A stretch of 64,000 nt of DNA from Candidatus Binatia bacterium (lineage in GTDB: Bacteria > Desulfobacterota > Binatia > Bin18): the NCBI GenBank assembly GCA_963664395.2, contig OY761159.2, positions 320,001-384,000 on the forward strand. The letters are read 5' to 3'. The notes under the pieces are model-generated. The model had not been told where the DNA came from. It searched no databases and saw nothing but the letters and a program-made list of their open reading frames with translations. The stretch's first letter is position 1; each line of letters opens with the position of its first letter. Shown one piece after another: positions 18,516 through 28,130 of this stretch. The translations under genes were made by a program, and so were the position numbers.

Positions 18516-19757
18516 TTACCGCAACAGACGGTCGCTGATGAGAACCACGGCTTCCGCGGAGGCGTGGCGAACGGTTTCCTCCTCTTCAGACAGCAGCTCC
18601 AGGAGTTGGGGTAAGCTCTCCGCTCCCCCGATGCGCCCAATTGTCCATAAGCCCTGCGCCTTTGCATACCGGTCTCGCTCTCGCCCGACTGCCGCACTCA
18701 CCTCGGCCGCAGCGCTCAGATCACGATTCTGGCCAACCACTTGATAGGCATTGGAACGCACCAAGGGGTCCTGCGAACGCAAAGCGCCGACGACCAGGGG
18801 CCGGGCCGTTTCATAGTCCATACGGGTAAACGAAATGGCTGCCGCCAGACGAATGCGGAAATCCATATGCTCCAAAGCCTTCTGGACGAGGGGCAGGCCG
18901 CTCGCATCTTTGAAGTGGGTGAGGGAGGCCGCCGCCGTAGTGCGGACCATTTCGGACGAGTCCGATTGAAGAGCCGTCCGCAACAACGCGACGGCGCTGG
19001 GGTCGTTGAGCGATCCCAGTAATCCAACCGCGGCATCACGGAGTTGCTCGCTCGAATCACTCAATTTGGCCGTGAGATAGGCAATTCCAGTTGCATCCCC
19101 CGTCGCAGCCAGCGACCACGCCAATGTGACGGCAACAATAGGATCCTTTTCCGTCTTCAGTAAGGTTTGCAAAACTGAAACGGCAGCCGCGGAGCGTAAT
19201 TCTCCCAGGCCGCCGGCCCCCTGGGTCCGAATACGAGTGTCTGAACTACTGACCGCGTCCAGGTAGAGCAAAAGCGCGGTGCGGTCCCGCGTCCGTCGTA
19301 ACCCGGACAGGGCGAGGCGCTTGCCTTCCGAGTCCTTATGGTACAAGCGCCGCAGCAGCCCCACCGCATCAGGCGTTGCCATATCGCCCAGGGCATCCAC
19401 CGCGGTACGGCGCAGCATCGGCTTATTCGACTGCAAGGCTTCGTCAAGCACGAGTAGTCCGGCCGGGTCGCCGCGCCGCCCCAGTATGCCGGCAACTACA
19501 TTCCGCTCATGCGGGTCGCCCAACCGCAGCCCCAGTCGTAAGACCTCAATCGCAAGCTGCTGGAGCATGACAAGACCGTGTTTTGATGCAGGGTCCTGCG
19601 TGGCCTTATATGTCGCAACAGCCCCGAGCAAATCGCCTTGTCTGGCGTGATCCACTGCCGATTCTTCCTCGGCAGCCGTGGCAAAGGGCATCCCACTGAA
19701 GAGCAGCATGAGGGGCAGGAGAATGCGGAGATTACAGGAATAGTGTCGTTTCTTCAT
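18516..19757 (-). CDS. Secreted HEAT-repeat protein
   Basis: Signal-peptide-like N-terminus (LLPLMLLFSGMPFATA) and repeated D...VR..A..ALG units. AAGGAG RBS before the ATG at 19757. Confidence 0.85.
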   Translation of the reverse strand: MKKRHYSCNLRILLPLMLLFSGMPFATAAEEESAVDHARQGDLLGAVATYKATQDPASKHGLVMLQQLAIEVLRLGLRLGDPHERNVVAGILGRRGDPAGLLVLDEALQSNKPMLRRTAVDALGDMATPDAVGLLRRLYHKDSEGKRLALSGLRRTRDRTALLLYLDAVSSSDTRIRTQGAGGLGELRSAAAVSVLQTLLKTEKDPIVAVTLAWSLAATGDATGIAYLTAKLSDSSEQLRDAAVGLLGSLNDPSAVALLRTALQSDSSEMVRTTAAASLTHFKDASGLPLVQKALEHMDFRIRLAAAISFTRMDYETARPLVVGALRSQDPLVRSNAYQVVGQNRDLSAAAEVSAAVGRERDRYAKAQGLWTIGRIGGAESLPQLLELLSEEEETVRHASAEAVVLISDRLLR

Positions 19758-19832
19758 AGTCACTCCTTTCGTCTGGTACATGAAACAGGGCGTCCTTGTC
19801 ACCCCTGCATGAGAGAGCACTATACTCTTCAG

Positions 19833-20267
19833 CTATGTTATGTGGCCTATCTGTCGTAATACCGTGGCATGATCCCAGTAAACGCGCTCGGCGGACATCT
19901 TGCCATCCCGAAACTCAATGACAATGACTAATTCCGCACTGATGCTCTTGCCCGTTGGAGGAACTCCAGGCAGGAACCAGTCCATCTGTTTTGAGTGGAC
20001 CATACGGATTGTCGCCTCCTCGACAATGCAATCGTCAGTCACCACCCGGTTTGTCATCGTATGTTCCCACTCATCAGGGATCGAAGGGATAAACATATCC
20101 CGATAATAGGCGCGGAGTTCAGCCTTGCCCTTTCCTCCCGAGCGTGTCGGCATATGCATCACCGACGCGTCTTCCACCATAGTCGAAAGTGAAAGCTCTT
20201 CATCTTTTTCGACAAACTCGCCCGTCACGTGCTCTTCCCAGAGTTTTACCATATCTTCAGCAGCCAT
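19833..20267 (-). CDS. SnoaL-like / ester cyclase family protein
   Basis: LWEEH..EF, DWFLPGVPPTGK and ERVYWD motifs; AAGGAG RBS. Confidence 0.85.
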   Translation of the reverse strand: MAAEDMVKLWEEHVTGEFVEKDEELSLSTMVEDASVMHMPTRSGGKGKAELRAYYRDMFIPSIPDEWEHTMTNRVVTDDCIVEEATIRMVHSKQMDWFLPGVPPTGKSISAELVIVIEFRDGKMSAERVYWDHATVLRQIGHIT

Positions 20268-20316
20268 CTCATCGTCTCCTTTTTTCCGGCTCTCCCGGCT
20301 CTCAATAGAGTGGCTG

Positions 20317-21363
20317 TCACCCCACTGACGGGATGACTTCTTTGGCAAATCGTTCAAGCGTCGTGCGCGCCGCGGCTTCATTCTGGGTCGTCACAAAAAT
20401 AGCAATATCGGTCAGGCCGGCGGCTTTGAGTTCACGCGCTTTGTCAATACAGTCCTGCGGTGTCCCGGCAATGGTACACTTCCGGGCAACGATATCAGGA
20501 ATCAGTTCACGATGTTTGGCCGTGAGGTCGAGATGTTCATAAAAGCGATACTGTTCGGTCACCGCTTTCACGACAGCGGCATGCTCAATGCCAAGCGTTT
20601 CCGGGAGCCAGAGTTTGTTGGCAATATTGCGCGCGGCAGTCGGACGCACTTGATCCAGCGCCGCGCTCCGGTCATCGTCAATGGCAGCATCAATCGCCGC
20701 AATAAAACGGAGCTGCGCAGGGTCCTTGCCCGCTTTTCGGGCGCCTTCACTCGCCGCCTCGACCGCAGCCCGCGCGCCCTCTCCATTGCCGCCCATATGG
20801 CCGTCAACAATGACGCCATCGCCTATTTCACCGGCCAGCGCCGCCGCTTTTGGACTCATGACCGCAATCTCAATGGGCACATTCCCCCACTCTTCAGCCC
20901 CAGCCACTCTCAGACGCAATTCCTGCCCCCACGTTTTCTTTTTCCCAGAGTCGGACAAAGCGGGAGCTTCAACCTCTTGTCCGGACAACAGATTGCGAAT
21001 GAATACAACATCTCGACGCAGTTGATCTCGCTTAACCGGGGATAAGCCCGCGGTTCTCACGGCAGAGTCACCTGCGCCGATACCGAGCACGGCGCGGCCC
21101 TGACTGAGCATATTGAGCGAGACCATGGCATTGGCCGTCACGGTTGGATGGCGGGTGACGAGATTCGTCACGCCGGGACCAAGTTTCACGCGCCGCGTCG
21201 CTTGGGCGCAGCAGGCCAGACACACATAGACATCGTTCCACAGCATCTGCGAGTCACCGACATACACAGTCTCAAAGCCGTGGGCTTCGGCGCACTGTGT
21301 GAGGCGAACAACCGGTTCCATCGTTTGGCCCGAATAGGGCCAGATCATGACACTAAATCGCAT
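20317..21363 (-). CDS. LLM-class flavin-dependent oxidoreductase (Mer-like)
   Basis: AEAHGF..VGDSQ, LGPGVTN..TRHP and GRAVLGIGAGD motifs. Confidence 0.9.
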   Translation of the reverse strand: MRFSVMIWPYSGQTMEPVVRLTQCAEAHGFETVYVGDSQMLWNDVYVCLACCAQATRRVKLGPGVTNLVTRHPTVTANAMVSLNMLSQGRAVLGIGAGDSAVRTAGLSPVKRDQLRRDVVFIRNLLSGQEVEAPALSDSGKKKTWGQELRLRVAGAEEWGNVPIEIAVMSPKAAALAGEIGDGVIVDGHMGGNGEGARAAVEAASEGARKAGKDPAQLRFIAAIDAAIDDDRSAALDQVRPTAARNIANKLWLPETLGIEHAAVVKAVTEQYRFYEHLDLTAKHRELIPDIVARKCTIAGTPQDCIDKARELKAAGLTDIAIFVTTQNEAAARTTLERFAKEVIPSVG

Positions 21364-21407
21364 TGCTCCCCTCTCTGATATGCTGACGGGTTTGAATGAG
21401 CATGAAT

Positions 21408-21629
21408 TTATGCACCCGCGAGAAATTCATCGACAGTAAGACCGGCAGCGCGAATGAGGCTTCTCAGAGTTCCTTTGGCGACTTCCTTATGATTAGGCAC
21501 GGAGAGCGTAGCCATTTCCCCCTCCTTGACCATGACAATGTGACTCCCCCTCTGACGTGCTACACTCCAGCCGAAACTCTCGAAGATTCGGACAACTTCC
21601 TTCCCGCTCAGAGAGCGTAGCACCGGCAT
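21408..21629 (-). CDS. hicA: HicA family toxin
   Basis: SGKEVVRIFESFGW..RQRGSH..SVPNHKEVAKGTLRSLIR. Confidence 0.92.
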   Translation of the reverse strand: MPVLRSLSGKEVVRIFESFGWSVARQRGSHIVMVKEGEMATLSVPNHKEVAKGTLRSLIRAAGLTVDEFLAGA

Positions 21630-21835
21630 TACACCGCGACCTCTACTTGCTGCATCTCTATGGTCAGCGGGAGCCCTTTTTCCGCCCGCACCTCAAGGCA
21701 AAGGGCAATAGCTTCCTTGACATTGTCCAACGCCTCGCCTTTCGTCTTTCCTTGACTGACACAACCCGGAATGGCAGGGCATTCAACAATCCATACCCCG
21801 TCTTCGTCTCGATCAACCGTCACGTTAAATTTCAT
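21629..21835 (-). CDS. hicB: HicB family antitoxin (short, no DNA-binding domain)
   Basis: DEDGVWIVECPAIPGCVSQGKT..EALDNVKEAI; TAATG coupling to hicA (hicBA order). Confidence 0.9.
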   Translation of the reverse strand: MKFNVTVDRDEDGVWIVECPAIPGCVSQGKTKGEALDNVKEAIALCLEVRAEKGLPLTIEMQQVEVAV

Positions 21836-21894
21836 TTTTCTTAGTCCTCCGGCGCCATTCATATCAAACTATTTTTGCTAGTAGGTCTTGAGAA

Positions 21895-22387
21895 TTACTT
21901 GAGAAAGTCCGCACAGAATTTTTGTACAAATAGCAACATTTGCTGAACTTGGTCAGAGTCATACCTATCAAAATGTCCGTGCGCCGCGTCATTCCGAAGA
22001 TTCGCCCAGGATGTAATTTGCTTCTGAACCAAAGCGTTATACACACCCTTCTTGGCAAGCGAGATGTTCAGCGGGTCAAGAGTAAGAGGCATTCACTTAG
22101 AGTTCAGGATGTCTACTCCGTTTGCATCGGCGATCTTTCGCAAAGAGTCTTCGAGAACGGCTCCGAGCAATACCGCAGCAGCGTCTTTGTAATTTTCCTT
22201 ATATTTGAAGATGATAGCTATCTGAACCGTATAACCGTGTAATCAACTGCCCTCCACGTGCGGTGATTGACGTAAGTTCCTGAACGCGCTTATGACTCAG
22301 GTGATATTGGGAAACAGAAGCATCGGCCACTAGCTTCTCACCCGTGGCAATAATTTCCTCAATTTCTTGTGTTATCAGTTTATCCAT
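21895..22387 (-). pseudogene. HEPN/DUF4145-like protein pseudogene
   Basis: Frame break near 22200, then KENYKDAAAVLLGAVLEDSLRKIA, an in-frame TGA at 22093-22095, then ..WANLRNDAAHG (RxxxxH). AT-rich relative to neighbours. Confidence 0.75.
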
Positions 22388-22401
22388 AACTCCAGCCGGG
22401 A

Positions 22402-22434
22402 TGTCAGGTTACGCCTTCGGCTAACCCGACCTAC
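22402..22434 (-). repeat. GTAG-type REP-like palindrome
   Basis: Minus strand GTAGGTCGGGTTAGCCGAAGGCGTAACCTGACA; contains the TAG stop of the hydantoinase B gene. Confidence 0.7.
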
Positions 22435-24188
22435 TGACTACCACTGCGTAGCCGTGCGGTTGCCGCTTCGTCAACAACAAATGTGGTGGGATTCACCACC
22501 ACCCCGTAGTCTCGCCGTGCGCTTTCAATCGAGACCAATCCGTCCCTCACGTCTTGTACCACCTTTTCGACAGCGCGCTCTTTGGGATTGCCAAATCCGC
22601 CGCCGCCACTTGAGAGCAGTTCAACTACATCTCCTTTGGACAGGCTACTCATGGAATTGACCGTGACCTCTTCCGTGCGACCGTCTGCATGCTGAATCAT
22701 TTGCCGATTGGGTTGTGCGCCTTGGCCTCCGTGCAAGCCAAAAGGCGCGGTATCGAACTGAGTTCCACTGCCGAAGTTTGCACACGCAATATTGTCGGCT
22801 TCGACCCGCCAGCGATACGTGACCCCCAGGCCGCCCCGCCATTTCCCGGCTCCGGCGCTATCCTGACGATACTCAAACTGTTCAATGAAATACGGATTCA
22901 CGAGTTCATGCAGTTCAGGGTCCGGCGAGCGCAGCCCGCCGAGGCAAATCACCGTGCCGATATGGTCCCAACCATCAAAGCCGGCGGTGGCTCCGCCGCC
23001 CCCTTTACTCAAGAAATGAATCTCCCCAAACGGCCGGCCGGTGCGCGGATTCATGCCCGTGGTGGCCGGCGCACACCAACGTCCCCAGGCGGCCTGAACG
23101 CGCTCGGGTACAGCCTGCGACAGCGCCAGCCAGCTGGCCTCGGTAATCGCTTCGGCAGTTAACACGGTACAGGCCGTACTTGGCGCGGGCTCGACCGGGT
23201 TTACAAGACTGCCACTCGGCGCGACGATTGAAACCGGACGCATGGCCCCTTCGTTATGCGGCAGGTCGGGATTGACCACCGTAAAAAGCGCGAGGTAGGT
23301 CGCGGAGGCGGTATTCGCAAACGGACTGTTCACATAGCCGGGGACTTGACCGTCAGACGCTGCATAGTCAAAAACAACCGACTCATCCTGCACTTCAATT
23401 TTCACCCGGATGGTCACCGGCCGGTCGTGTACAATCCCGTCGTTGTCTATCTGTCGCTCGGCCCGATAGGTGCCATTCGGGATGGTACGAATTTCCTCGC
23501 GCATTTGTTTTTCTGAGGCATTCAGGAGGTGCTCAATAACATGCTCGACCGCCGCGACACCATGTTTCTTCACCAGCGCAGTGATATTTCGTTCGCCCAG
23601 GTTGGCCGCCCCAACCAGACACTGCAGGTCGCCTTCTACCAAGAACCGAAGACGCACGTTGGACACAATCATCTCCCATAAGCCGCGATTGACCTTCCCT
23701 TGGTCATAGAGTTTGGCCGGTGGAATCCGAAGCCCCTCATCCCACACATCGCGTGCTTCCGGGTGATAGCCGGCTGCGCCTCCGCCGCCGGTATCCGCTT
23801 GGTGTCCTTTGGTGACCGACCAAAAGCGCAGTTCACCATCGATATGGACAGGCTTGGCAATCGTAAAATCAGGCAGATGATTATTCCCACGATACGGGTC
23901 ATTGAGAATAAAGATGTCGCCTGCGTGCGTGTCGTCAGCATAGGTCTCGGCAATCGAACGGACTGCCCACGGCGTGGCGGCAAGGAGGACCGGGATATAC
24001 GCCGTCTGGGCGACCAAACGGAGTTGACGGTCATATATTGCCGTCACAAAATCGCGCGCTTCACTGAAAATGGGCGAGCGTGACGTGCGCAGCATGGTCT
24101 GGCCCATTTCTTTGGTAATCGAGTCCAAGCGATTCGCGATCACCGATGTGAGGATGGGATCAATACGGTCTGTTTGCACATCAGGCAT
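22431..24188 (-). CDS. Hydantoinase B/oxoprolinase family protein
   Basis: DPIL..VI.NRL..I..EM..RTSRSPI, NDPY..NHLPD and DSAGAGKWRGG motifs. Alternative start at 24224. Confidence 0.92.
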   Translation of the reverse strand: MPDVQTDRIDPILTSVIANRLDSITKEMGQTMLRTSRSPIFSEARDFVTAIYDRQLRLVAQTAYIPVLLAATPWAVRSIAETYADDTHAGDIFILNDPYRGNNHLPDFTIAKPVHIDGELRFWSVTKGHQADTGGGGAAGYHPEARDVWDEGLRIPPAKLYDQGKVNRGLWEMIVSNVRLRFLVEGDLQCLVGAANLGERNITALVKKHGVAAVEHVIEHLLNASEKQMREEIRTIPNGTYRAERQIDNDGIVHDRPVTIRVKIEVQDESVVFDYAASDGQVPGYVNSPFANTASATYLALFTVVNPDLPHNEGAMRPVSIVAPSGSLVNPVEPAPSTACTVLTAEAITEASWLALSQAVPERVQAAWGRWCAPATTGMNPRTGRPFGEIHFLSKGGGGATAGFDGWDHIGTVICLGGLRSPDPELHELVNPYFIEQFEYRQDSAGAGKWRGGLGVTYRWRVEADNIACANFGSGTQFDTAPFGLHGGQGAQPNRQMIQHADGRTEEVTVNSMSSLSKGDVVELLSSGGGGFGNPKERAVEKVVQDVRDGLVSIESARRDYGVVVNPTTFVVDEAATARLRSGSQ

Positions 24189-26325
24189 CTTGTTTATCTT
24201 TCGCCTCTTCCGCAGTGTCCGCATTATCCATTTGTCCGCCTACCTCGGCCAGGAGTTCGTCAAGCTGTCGCCCGGCCGGGTGCATGACATAATTGCGGTA
24301 GGCATCGCAGACCAGACGATAGCCGGGCGGTACAAGGACAGTTGTGTTGGCCTGTTCGATCAATGCCGGCCCGCTAAGAGCCATGCCACACTCAAACTTG
24401 TCCCCAGTATAGACAGAAACGTTGTGGGGCGTACCGGAGAAGTACGCTTGACGCTTGCCTTTGAACGCGAGGGTCGGGTCTTTTCCCACAAACGGGCCTG
24501 GTGTGAGCCGCGGTTTCTCGGTGAGCCCCAGTGCCTTGACACGCAGGTTAATCATTTCCAAAGGAGCTCCCGGCATGGCATACCCATACAGAGTCTCATG
24601 CAGATTATGAAAACGTAGGGCTGCCGCATCCAGGTCAGATGCAGACAGAGAAGACCGAACCGGAACTTCTACCTCGTGAAATTGGCCGATATAGCGTACA
24701 TCGAACGTAGCGCGGAGCTGTATTTTATCCGCTGGGATGCCTTCTGCTGCTAACGTCGCGCGCGCGTGTTCCTCAATCTCCCTCAGCCTGCGGTTGATCT
24801 CGTCGAGGGCGAGGGCGTCCCACTCTCGCGTGAACGTCTGTACATAATCATGCTGTAAATCAGAGATCAGCATGCCAGCCGCACAGAACACCGACGACTC
24901 CTGGGGAACCAAAATAAGCGGAATGTCCAGTTCTCGGGCTATCATCCCGGCGTGCAGTGGGCCTGCTCCACCTGCAACCACGAGAGCAAACTCACGCGGA
25001 TCATAGCCCCGTTCGACCGAAACCCCCTGAAGCGCAGCCGCCATGTTGGCGTTCACAATACGATAGATACCTTCGGCGGCCTCAAGAGGAGACAGGCCCA
25101 AAGGCGCTGCGATCCTGTGTGTAATCGCGAGTTGAGCAGCGTTATAATCAAGTGGCATCTCTCCACCTAAAAACCCATCTGAAGCAAGATAGCCAAGAAC
25201 CAGGTCAGCATCTGTCACTGTGGGTTCGATTCCGCCGCGGCCGTAACACACCGGACCCGGCTCAGCCCCGGCACTCTTGGGCCCGACCTGAAGAATCCCC
25301 CCGGCATCGATCCAGGCAATGCTGCCCCCACCGGCGCCGACCGTATGAATATCAAGCAGAGGAAGGGCAAGCCGATGGCCGCCAATCTCGCCCTCCGTTG
25401 TTGTTACCGGCTGGCGATCATGGATGAGACAGGCATCAAAACTGGTACCGCCCATGTCAACAGTGATCACATCACGCAAGGCGTAGGTGTCGCCATAGAA
25501 CACCCCTGCCATGGGTCCGCCGGCCGGGCCGGACAAGAGGGTATTCGCGGCAAAGCGACGTGTCATGCGTGGCGACATCACTCCGCCGTTGGACTGCATA
25601 ATGAGCAAGACGCCGGTAAATCCGGATTCATCCAACTGGCTTTCAAGCTGAGTCAGATAGCGAGCCAGCGGGGGACCGACTGTGGCGTTGAGCACTGTGG
25701 TGGAATGTCGTTCGTATACCCGAATCTGCGGCAGGACTTCGGAGGATAAAGACACATACACATCGGGTAAAGCCTCCTGGATAAGCTGGCCGGTTCGTCG
25801 CTCATGGGCGGGATGTAAGAAAGACCACAGATAACTAACCGCCACCGCCTCAATACCATTCGCCCGGATGTGTTCAATCGCGTCAATCACATCCGGTTCA
25901 TACAGGGGGATAACTACTTCTCCCTCAACATTGACCCGTTCTGCAATAGGATAAATACGTGCACGGGGAACCAGAGGGGGTGGCGGACTGTATTTGCTAT
26001 CGTACTGACGTTCGCGCAGCCCACGCCGCATATTGAGCACATCGCGGAAGCCTCTCGTCGTAAGAAAGGCGGTTTTGGCCCCTTCTCCGGTTAAGACAGC
26101 ATTGGTCGTAATAGTCGTACCGTGAACGATGACGCTGACGCGGCTGAGAAACTCCGACAGTACAAGACCAAAAGAAGCGGCTATCTTCCGCAGCCCTTGT
26201 ACTACGCCGACTTCAGGCTGCTGTGGCGTGGTCTGCGTCTTATGGACTGTGGCTGCGCCCTGCGAGTCAGTGACAAGAAAGTCGGTAAACGTTCCACCGA
26301 CATCAATACCGATTTTATATTCCAT
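24181..26325 (-). CDS. Hydantoinase A/oxoprolinase family protein
   Basis: GIDVGGTFTD, HGTT..TNA, SGPAGG, DMGGTS and GAGGGSIA motifs. Confidence 0.93.
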   Translation of the reverse strand: MEYKIGIDVGGTFTDFLVTDSQGAATVHKTQTTPQQPEVGVVQGLRKIAASFGLVLSEFLSRVSVIVHGTTITTNAVLTGEGAKTAFLTTRGFRDVLNMRRGLRERQYDSKYSPPPPLVPRARIYPIAERVNVEGEVVIPLYEPDVIDAIEHIRANGIEAVAVSYLWSFLHPAHERRTGQLIQEALPDVYVSLSSEVLPQIRVYERHSTTVLNATVGPPLARYLTQLESQLDESGFTGVLLIMQSNGGVMSPRMTRRFAANTLLSGPAGGPMAGVFYGDTYALRDVITVDMGGTSFDACLIHDRQPVTTTEGEIGGHRLALPLLDIHTVGAGGGSIAWIDAGGILQVGPKSAGAEPGPVCYGRGGIEPTVTDADLVLGYLASDGFLGGEMPLDYNAAQLAITHRIAAPLGLSPLEAAEGIYRIVNANMAAALQGVSVERGYDPREFALVVAGGAGPLHAGMIARELDIPLILVPQESSVFCAAGMLISDLQHDYVQTFTREWDALALDEINRRLREIEEHARATLAAEGIPADKIQLRATFDVRYIGQFHEVEVPVRSSLSASDLDAAALRFHNLHETLYGYAMPGAPLEMINLRVKALGLTEKPRLTPGPFVGKDPTLAFKGKRQAYFSGTPHNVSVYTGDKFECGMALSGPALIEQANTTVLVPPGYRLVCDAYRNYVMHPAGRQLDELLAEVGGQMDNADTAEEAKDKQDA

Positions 26326-26345
26326 GGCTGATTTTATATTCCATG
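26311..26345. repeat. 16-bp direct repeat (period 19) duplicating the hydantoinase A start
   Basis: GATTTTATATTCCATG at 26311-26326 and 26330-26345. Confidence 0.9.
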
Positions 26346-26399
26346 AGCACGCCTTGGGATGAAGAGTACGCAGAGACGGGCAGGCCGCCCCGGCGTATT

Positions 26400-26447
26400 C
26401 GGTCAGGTCTCCGGTCAGGTCTCCGGTCGGGTCTCCGGTCAGGGCTC
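26400..26447. repeat. 12-bp tandem repeat x4
   Basis: CGGTCAGGTCTC, CGGTCAGGTCTC, CGGTCGGGTCTC, CGGTCAGGGCTC; the last unit holds the DUF35 gene stop. Confidence 0.9.
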
Positions 26448-26879
26448 TTTGATGAGCACAAATGTCGGCACATAGCGCTCGTCACCCTCGGGGTCTTGCC
26501 CAACCGCAGACGGGAGGAGTCGGACAGGGCGCCCCCGCTCAACCTGGTTGGCCTCAGTTTCAACAAGCCGGGTGAAGATCCGCAGCCCTGCGATAAAGAC
26601 CACTGCGAAAATCAATGGACGCGGAAAGCCCGGAGGGATGCCGGTGTCCTGAACGGTATACGCGTGTATCGTCCCCTGGCTCGGCAACTCGATCCAGTCG
26701 AGCTGATCTGAGAGACACCCCGGACACACCACACGCGGGGGCCAATGGCGCTGGTCACACTGCGGGCATGATGTGGTGACCAGCTTTTGCGACCGCAGGG
26801 CGTCATAAAACGGCGCCAGTCGAGTGTTCTTTTTGCTCTGGAGAGGAAAGGGATCAAGGGCGCGGAAATAATCGCTCAT
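26439..26879 (-). CDS. Zn-ribbon/OB-fold protein (DUF35 family)
   Basis: PFYDAL, CPQC..WPPR.VCPGC and GTIHAYTV motifs; directly follows a thiolase. Confidence 0.9.
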   Translation of the reverse strand: MSDYFRALDPFPLQSKKNTRLAPFYDALRSQKLVTTSCPQCDQRHWPPRVVCPGCLSDQLDWIELPSQGTIHAYTVQDTGIPPGFPRPLIFAVVFIAGLRIFTRLVETEANQVERGRPVRLLPSAVGQDPEGDERYVPTFVLIKEP

Positions 26880-26885
26880 AGGCTG

Positions 26886-28055
26886 CTACTCCCGCCCGTA
26901 AATCATGACCAGGTGCTCACCCATGCCACTATTATTGTGTGTCAGTCCGATGTGCGCCTCCGGGACTTGCCGTTCACCGGCTTCCCCGCGCAGTTGCCAA
27001 AAGGCTTCGACCCCCTGGGCCACCCCCGTGGCTCCAAGCGGGTGTCCGCAACCCATAAGCCCGCCACGCGGATTGACGACCACGTCACCGCCGTAATCGG
27101 ACCGCCCATCCGCGGCAAACGGGCCACCTTCGCCCTTGTCGCAGAATCCGAGCTCTTCATAGGCAATGATCTCGGCGATGGCAAAACAGTCGTGGACCTC
27201 AGCAAAATCGATCTCGCCCGCCCGTATCCTGGCCATGGCATAGGCATCCCCGGCTGCCTGTTTCAGGGCTGGCCAGCTGGCATAGTCAGGGTCGAGGCTG
27301 GAGACGGAAAACCCATGCACAGCCTGTCCGGTTCCGCGGATAAAGACCGGCTTGTCCGTAATATCTTTAGCTCGCTCTTCACTCGCCAGGATAACGGCGG
27401 CAGCACCATCGGTGATAGGCGAACACATAAACAGCCGGAGCGGAGAGGCGATCATGCGCGAGCACACGACAGCGTCCAAGGTGACACCGTTCTGAAAGTG
27501 CGCATATGGATTCTTGCTCGAATGGGTGTGATTTTTGACAGCCACCTGAGCAAGCTGATCCTCCGTTGTGCCGTATTCAGCCATGTGCAGCTGAGCGGCC
27601 AGGGCAAAAGAAGGTGGCGCGGTGAGTCCAAAACAGGCTTCCCAGTCACGGTCTACCCCAGTTCCCATGTTGAGAATGGCCTCGCCCATATTGGGCAGAT
27701 TCAGCTTCTCAACCCCAAGTACCATCACAAGATCGGCTAGGCCGGCGGCAATAAACGCATAGGCATAGCGTATCCCTACGCTGCCACTGGCGCACATATG
27801 TTCGGTCCGGGCCGAGAGCTTGCGAGGCTGAATGCCCAGCGTTTCCGCGGCAAGCGGAGCAATATGACTTTGAAAGGCCGTTCGCTCTGGCAGGACGGTA
27901 CCCACGACCAATCCTTCGACATCCTTGGGTGTCAGTTGTGGAACAGAGGCAAAGCAGGCTTGACCCGCCTCAGCAAGCAATTCCCGAAAGCCCGCTTCTC
28001 GTACCCCAAAGCGTGACAGTCCCGCTCCAACCAGGGCCACCCGACGCATACGCAT
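26886..28055 (-). CDS. Thiolase family protein (SCP2-type/archaeal-like)
   Basis: EHMCASG, CSPITDGAAA, AEVHDCF and GHPLGATG motifs. Confidence 0.92.
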   Translation of the reverse strand: MRMRRVALVGAGLSRFGVREAGFRELLAEAGQACFASVPQLTPKDVEGLVVGTVLPERTAFQSHIAPLAAETLGIQPRKLSARTEHMCASGSVGIRYAYAFIAAGLADLVMVLGVEKLNLPNMGEAILNMGTGVDRDWEACFGLTAPPSFALAAQLHMAEYGTTEDQLAQVAVKNHTHSSKNPYAHFQNGVTLDAVVCSRMIASPLRLFMCSPITDGAAAVILASEERAKDITDKPVFIRGTGQAVHGFSVSSLDPDYASWPALKQAAGDAYAMARIRAGEIDFAEVHDCFAIAEIIAYEELGFCDKGEGGPFAADGRSDYGGDVVVNPRGGLMGCGHPLGATGVAQGVEAFWQLRGEAGERQVPEAHIGLTHNNSGMGEHLVMIYGRE

Positions 28056-28130
28056 CTCCTTTTGTCTGAGACAGCCCTACCTAATCAAGAATTTTGTGTG
28101 CTGAAAAGGCTGTGGTGCTCTATAGGAGAC

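Noticed and set aside
22093-22095. In-frame TGA in the HEPN-like gene as selenocysteine
   Set aside because: No Cys-type motif or clear downstream hairpin, and the gene has a second frame break.
26400-26447. Repeat array as a CRISPR
   Set aside because: 12-bp units with no spacers and no cas genes.
26787-27740. Long antisense ORFs (also 44872-45897, 54612-55436, 39453-40163, 11073-11753)
   Set aside because: They are shadows of well-supported genes on the opposite strand in GC-rich DNA and have no recognisable motifs.
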